A stretch of DNA of 32,462 bases from a virus (lineage: Duplodnaviria > Caudoviricetes), in the IMG/VR virus record IMGVR_UViG_3300049172_000054, positions 1-32,462 of that record; one strand, given 5' to 3'. Below the pieces are notes generated by a model. That model was not told the DNA's origin. It ran no database searches and was given only the letters and a program-made list of their open reading frames with translations. The first letter of the stretch is position 1. Each line of letters begins with the position of its first letter. A program made the translations under genes and the position numbers. This document shows, piece by piece, positions 31,081 to 32,462 of the stretch.

Positions 31081-31658
31081 CCGACCTGTTCTACGACTTG
31101 GAGTTCCTCGAGGACGGCTCCACGATCGAGCTGATCTCCATCGGCATGGTGTGCGACGACGGCCGCGAGTACTACGCCGTCAACGCCGCACTGGCAGCAC
31201 GCTGGGGGAACGGGCGCCGACTGCGACGCCGTGTCCAGAAGCACAAGTGGCTGATGGAGAACGTCGTCCCGCACCTGCCCAAGCCGCACGGCGACTGGAA
31301 CAACCACATGCCGCAGTCGTGGCTGTTCAACTACCACGACCCAGCCGTGAAGCCGCGAGAGAAGATCGCCGACGAGGTCATGGACTTCATTCGCGCCGCC
31401 GGGCCCGACGTGCAGCTGTGGGCCAACTACGGCGCCTACGACCACGTCTGCCTCGCCCAGCTCTGGGGCCGCATGATCGACCTCCCCGAGGGCGTCCCCA
31501 TGTTCACCTGCGACATCCAGCAGGAGCGGGCCCGGCTCGGGCTGCGCTGGGGCGAGCTCCCCAAGCAGGAGGGCGGCGAGCACAACGCGCTCGCGGACGC
31601 CCGCCACAATCAGCTCGTGCGGCGGTGGCTCGCCGAGCAGGAAGCGAGAACGTCATGA
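31077..31658 (+). CDS. DEDDh 3'-5' exo(ribo)nuclease, RNase AS (Rv2179c)-like
   Basis: FYDLEFLEDG.TIELISIG.V..DGREYYAV (Exo I), LWA.YGAYDHV.L.QLWG.M..LP..P.FT (Exo II), HNALADARH (Exo III). Confidence 0.9.
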   Translation: MTDLFYDLEFLEDGSTIELISIGMVCDDGREYYAVNAALAARWGNGRRLRRRVQKHKWLMENVVPHLPKPHGDWNNHMPQSWLFNYHDPAVKPREKIADEVMDFIRAAGPDVQLWANYGAYDHVCLAQLWGRMIDLPEGVPMFTCDIQQERARLGLRWGELPKQEGGEHNALADARHNQLVRRWLAEQEARTS

Positions 31659-32017
31659 AGACCATCCTCGGCAGGGAGCCCGCTCTCTGGCTCAACAGCC
31701 TGTCGGCCATCCTCGGCCTCGTCGTCACCTTCAACGTCGGCCTCACCGAAGAACAGGCCGGCTGGGCTGTCGCTGGCGTATCGGCGGTCCTCGGCGCCAT
31801 CGCCGCAGCGCTCACCCGGCCGATCGCCGTGCAAGCCTTCACGACCCTGGTCGCCACCATCGCCTCCGCAGTCGCCGCCTTCGGCTACGAGGTAGAACCC
31901 ACGACGACGGCCGCCGTCAACGGCGCGGTCCTCGCCGTGCTCATGTTCATCACCCGCGGGCAGGTGTCACCGTCGAGCCCGACGGCCCCGGCGGGCGGCA
32001 TCGTTCGGGGCGTGTAG
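31655..32017 (+). CDS. Putative holin
   Basis: ATGA overlap; 120 aa with MK.I.GREPAL, about four hydrophobic segments and R.QV.P; located in the lysis cassette. Confidence 0.8.
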   Translation: MKTILGREPALWLNSLSAILGLVVTFNVGLTEEQAGWAVAGVSAVLGAIAAALTRPIAVQAFTTLVATIASAVAAFGYEVEPTTTAAVNGAVLAVLMFITRGQVSPSSPTAPAGGIVRGV

Positions 32018-32461
32018 ATGCCGTGCCGGGTGGCCCGGCGGTTGCATCAACTGCTCGGCCGCCGCGGCATCTTCCTGCTGATCCTCGGCGTCGGGAAAAC
32101 CTGCTGGGGCGTGTCGTTCCTCGTCGACCCGCCCCCGGCCCAAGGTTTGGAACTCCTGACGCGAGTGTGCTCACTGCGCGACTGGGCGTGGCTGTGGATC
32201 GTGGCCGGGATCGTCACTGGAGCGTCCGCATTCCTCCGAGTGGGCCGCGACCTGTACGGGTTCGTGGCCGCACTCGTTCCCCCCACCGTGTGGGCGATCG
32301 CCTACACCGCCGCTGTCGTCAGCGGTGACTACTCCCGTGGCCTGTACGTCGCGGTCTGGTATCTCACCTCGCACGTCGGGGTCATCTTGTGGGCGGCCAC
32401 GGTGCCCGAGCATTCGGTCCCCCACGTGCCAAGAGCCGCCCGGAAAGGGCGGGCTCCGTGA
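32018..32461 (+). CDS. Multi-pass membrane protein of the lysis cassette
   Basis: 147 aa, LGRRG.FL..LG and about four hydrophobic segments. Ends in GTGA, suggesting a further coupled gene beyond the window. Confidence 0.75.
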   Translation: MPCRVARRLHQLLGRRGIFLLILGVGKTCWGVSFLVDPPPAQGLELLTRVCSLRDWAWLWIVAGIVTGASAFLRVGRDLYGFVAALVPPTVWAIAYTAAVVSGDYSRGLYVAVWYLTSHVGVILWAATVPEHSVPHVPRAARKGRAP

Positions 32462-32462
32462 C

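Noticed and set aside
1-32462. tRNA, rRNA, IS elements, introns or inteins
   Set aside because: None recognised by eye. Terminase, portal and capsid have normal lengths and intergenic gaps are short. tRNAscan and Rfam were not run.

Overview
The whole window is a high-GC actinobacterial siphovirus, most likely from Streptomyces or a close relative. It could be a prophage or a circularly permuted assembly; no host genes or integrase are visible. Nearly all real genes are on the + strand. 1-7306 holds putative virion-surface genes (including a Ser/Thr/Ala-rich 20-aa-repeat fibre), a GT2 glycosyltransferase, a SAM methyltransferase, an NDP-sugar epimerase/reductase, an inserted cassette (unknown gene, AlpA-like HTH, HNH) and two more HNH genes. 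A candidate cos/packaging site lies at about 7340-7430, followed by a stand-alone Zn-finger/PrimPol gene. The morphogenesis operon follows: terS, terL, portal, MuF/maturation protein, scaffold, major capsid, head-tail joining genes, major tail, frameshifted tail chaperones, tape measure with NlpC/P60, and minor tails. The lysis cassette (amidase endolysin, holin, membrane protein) ends the window. Most notable: (i) an apparent multi-enzyme virion glycosylation system, with two paralogous GT4 genes coupled into the head-tail joining module and GT2, methyltransferase and epimerase beside the Ser/Thr-rich fibre gene; (ii) recurring leader hairpins whose loops are complementary to the downstream RBS/start codon (candidate pseudoknot translational switches); (iii) an RNase AS-like DEDDh exonuclease between endolysin and holin; (iv) an orphan, probably leaderless PrimPol next to cos; (v) an antisense DUF4429-like gene inside the neck genes. 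All calls come from motif recognition and synteny by eye; no searches were run.
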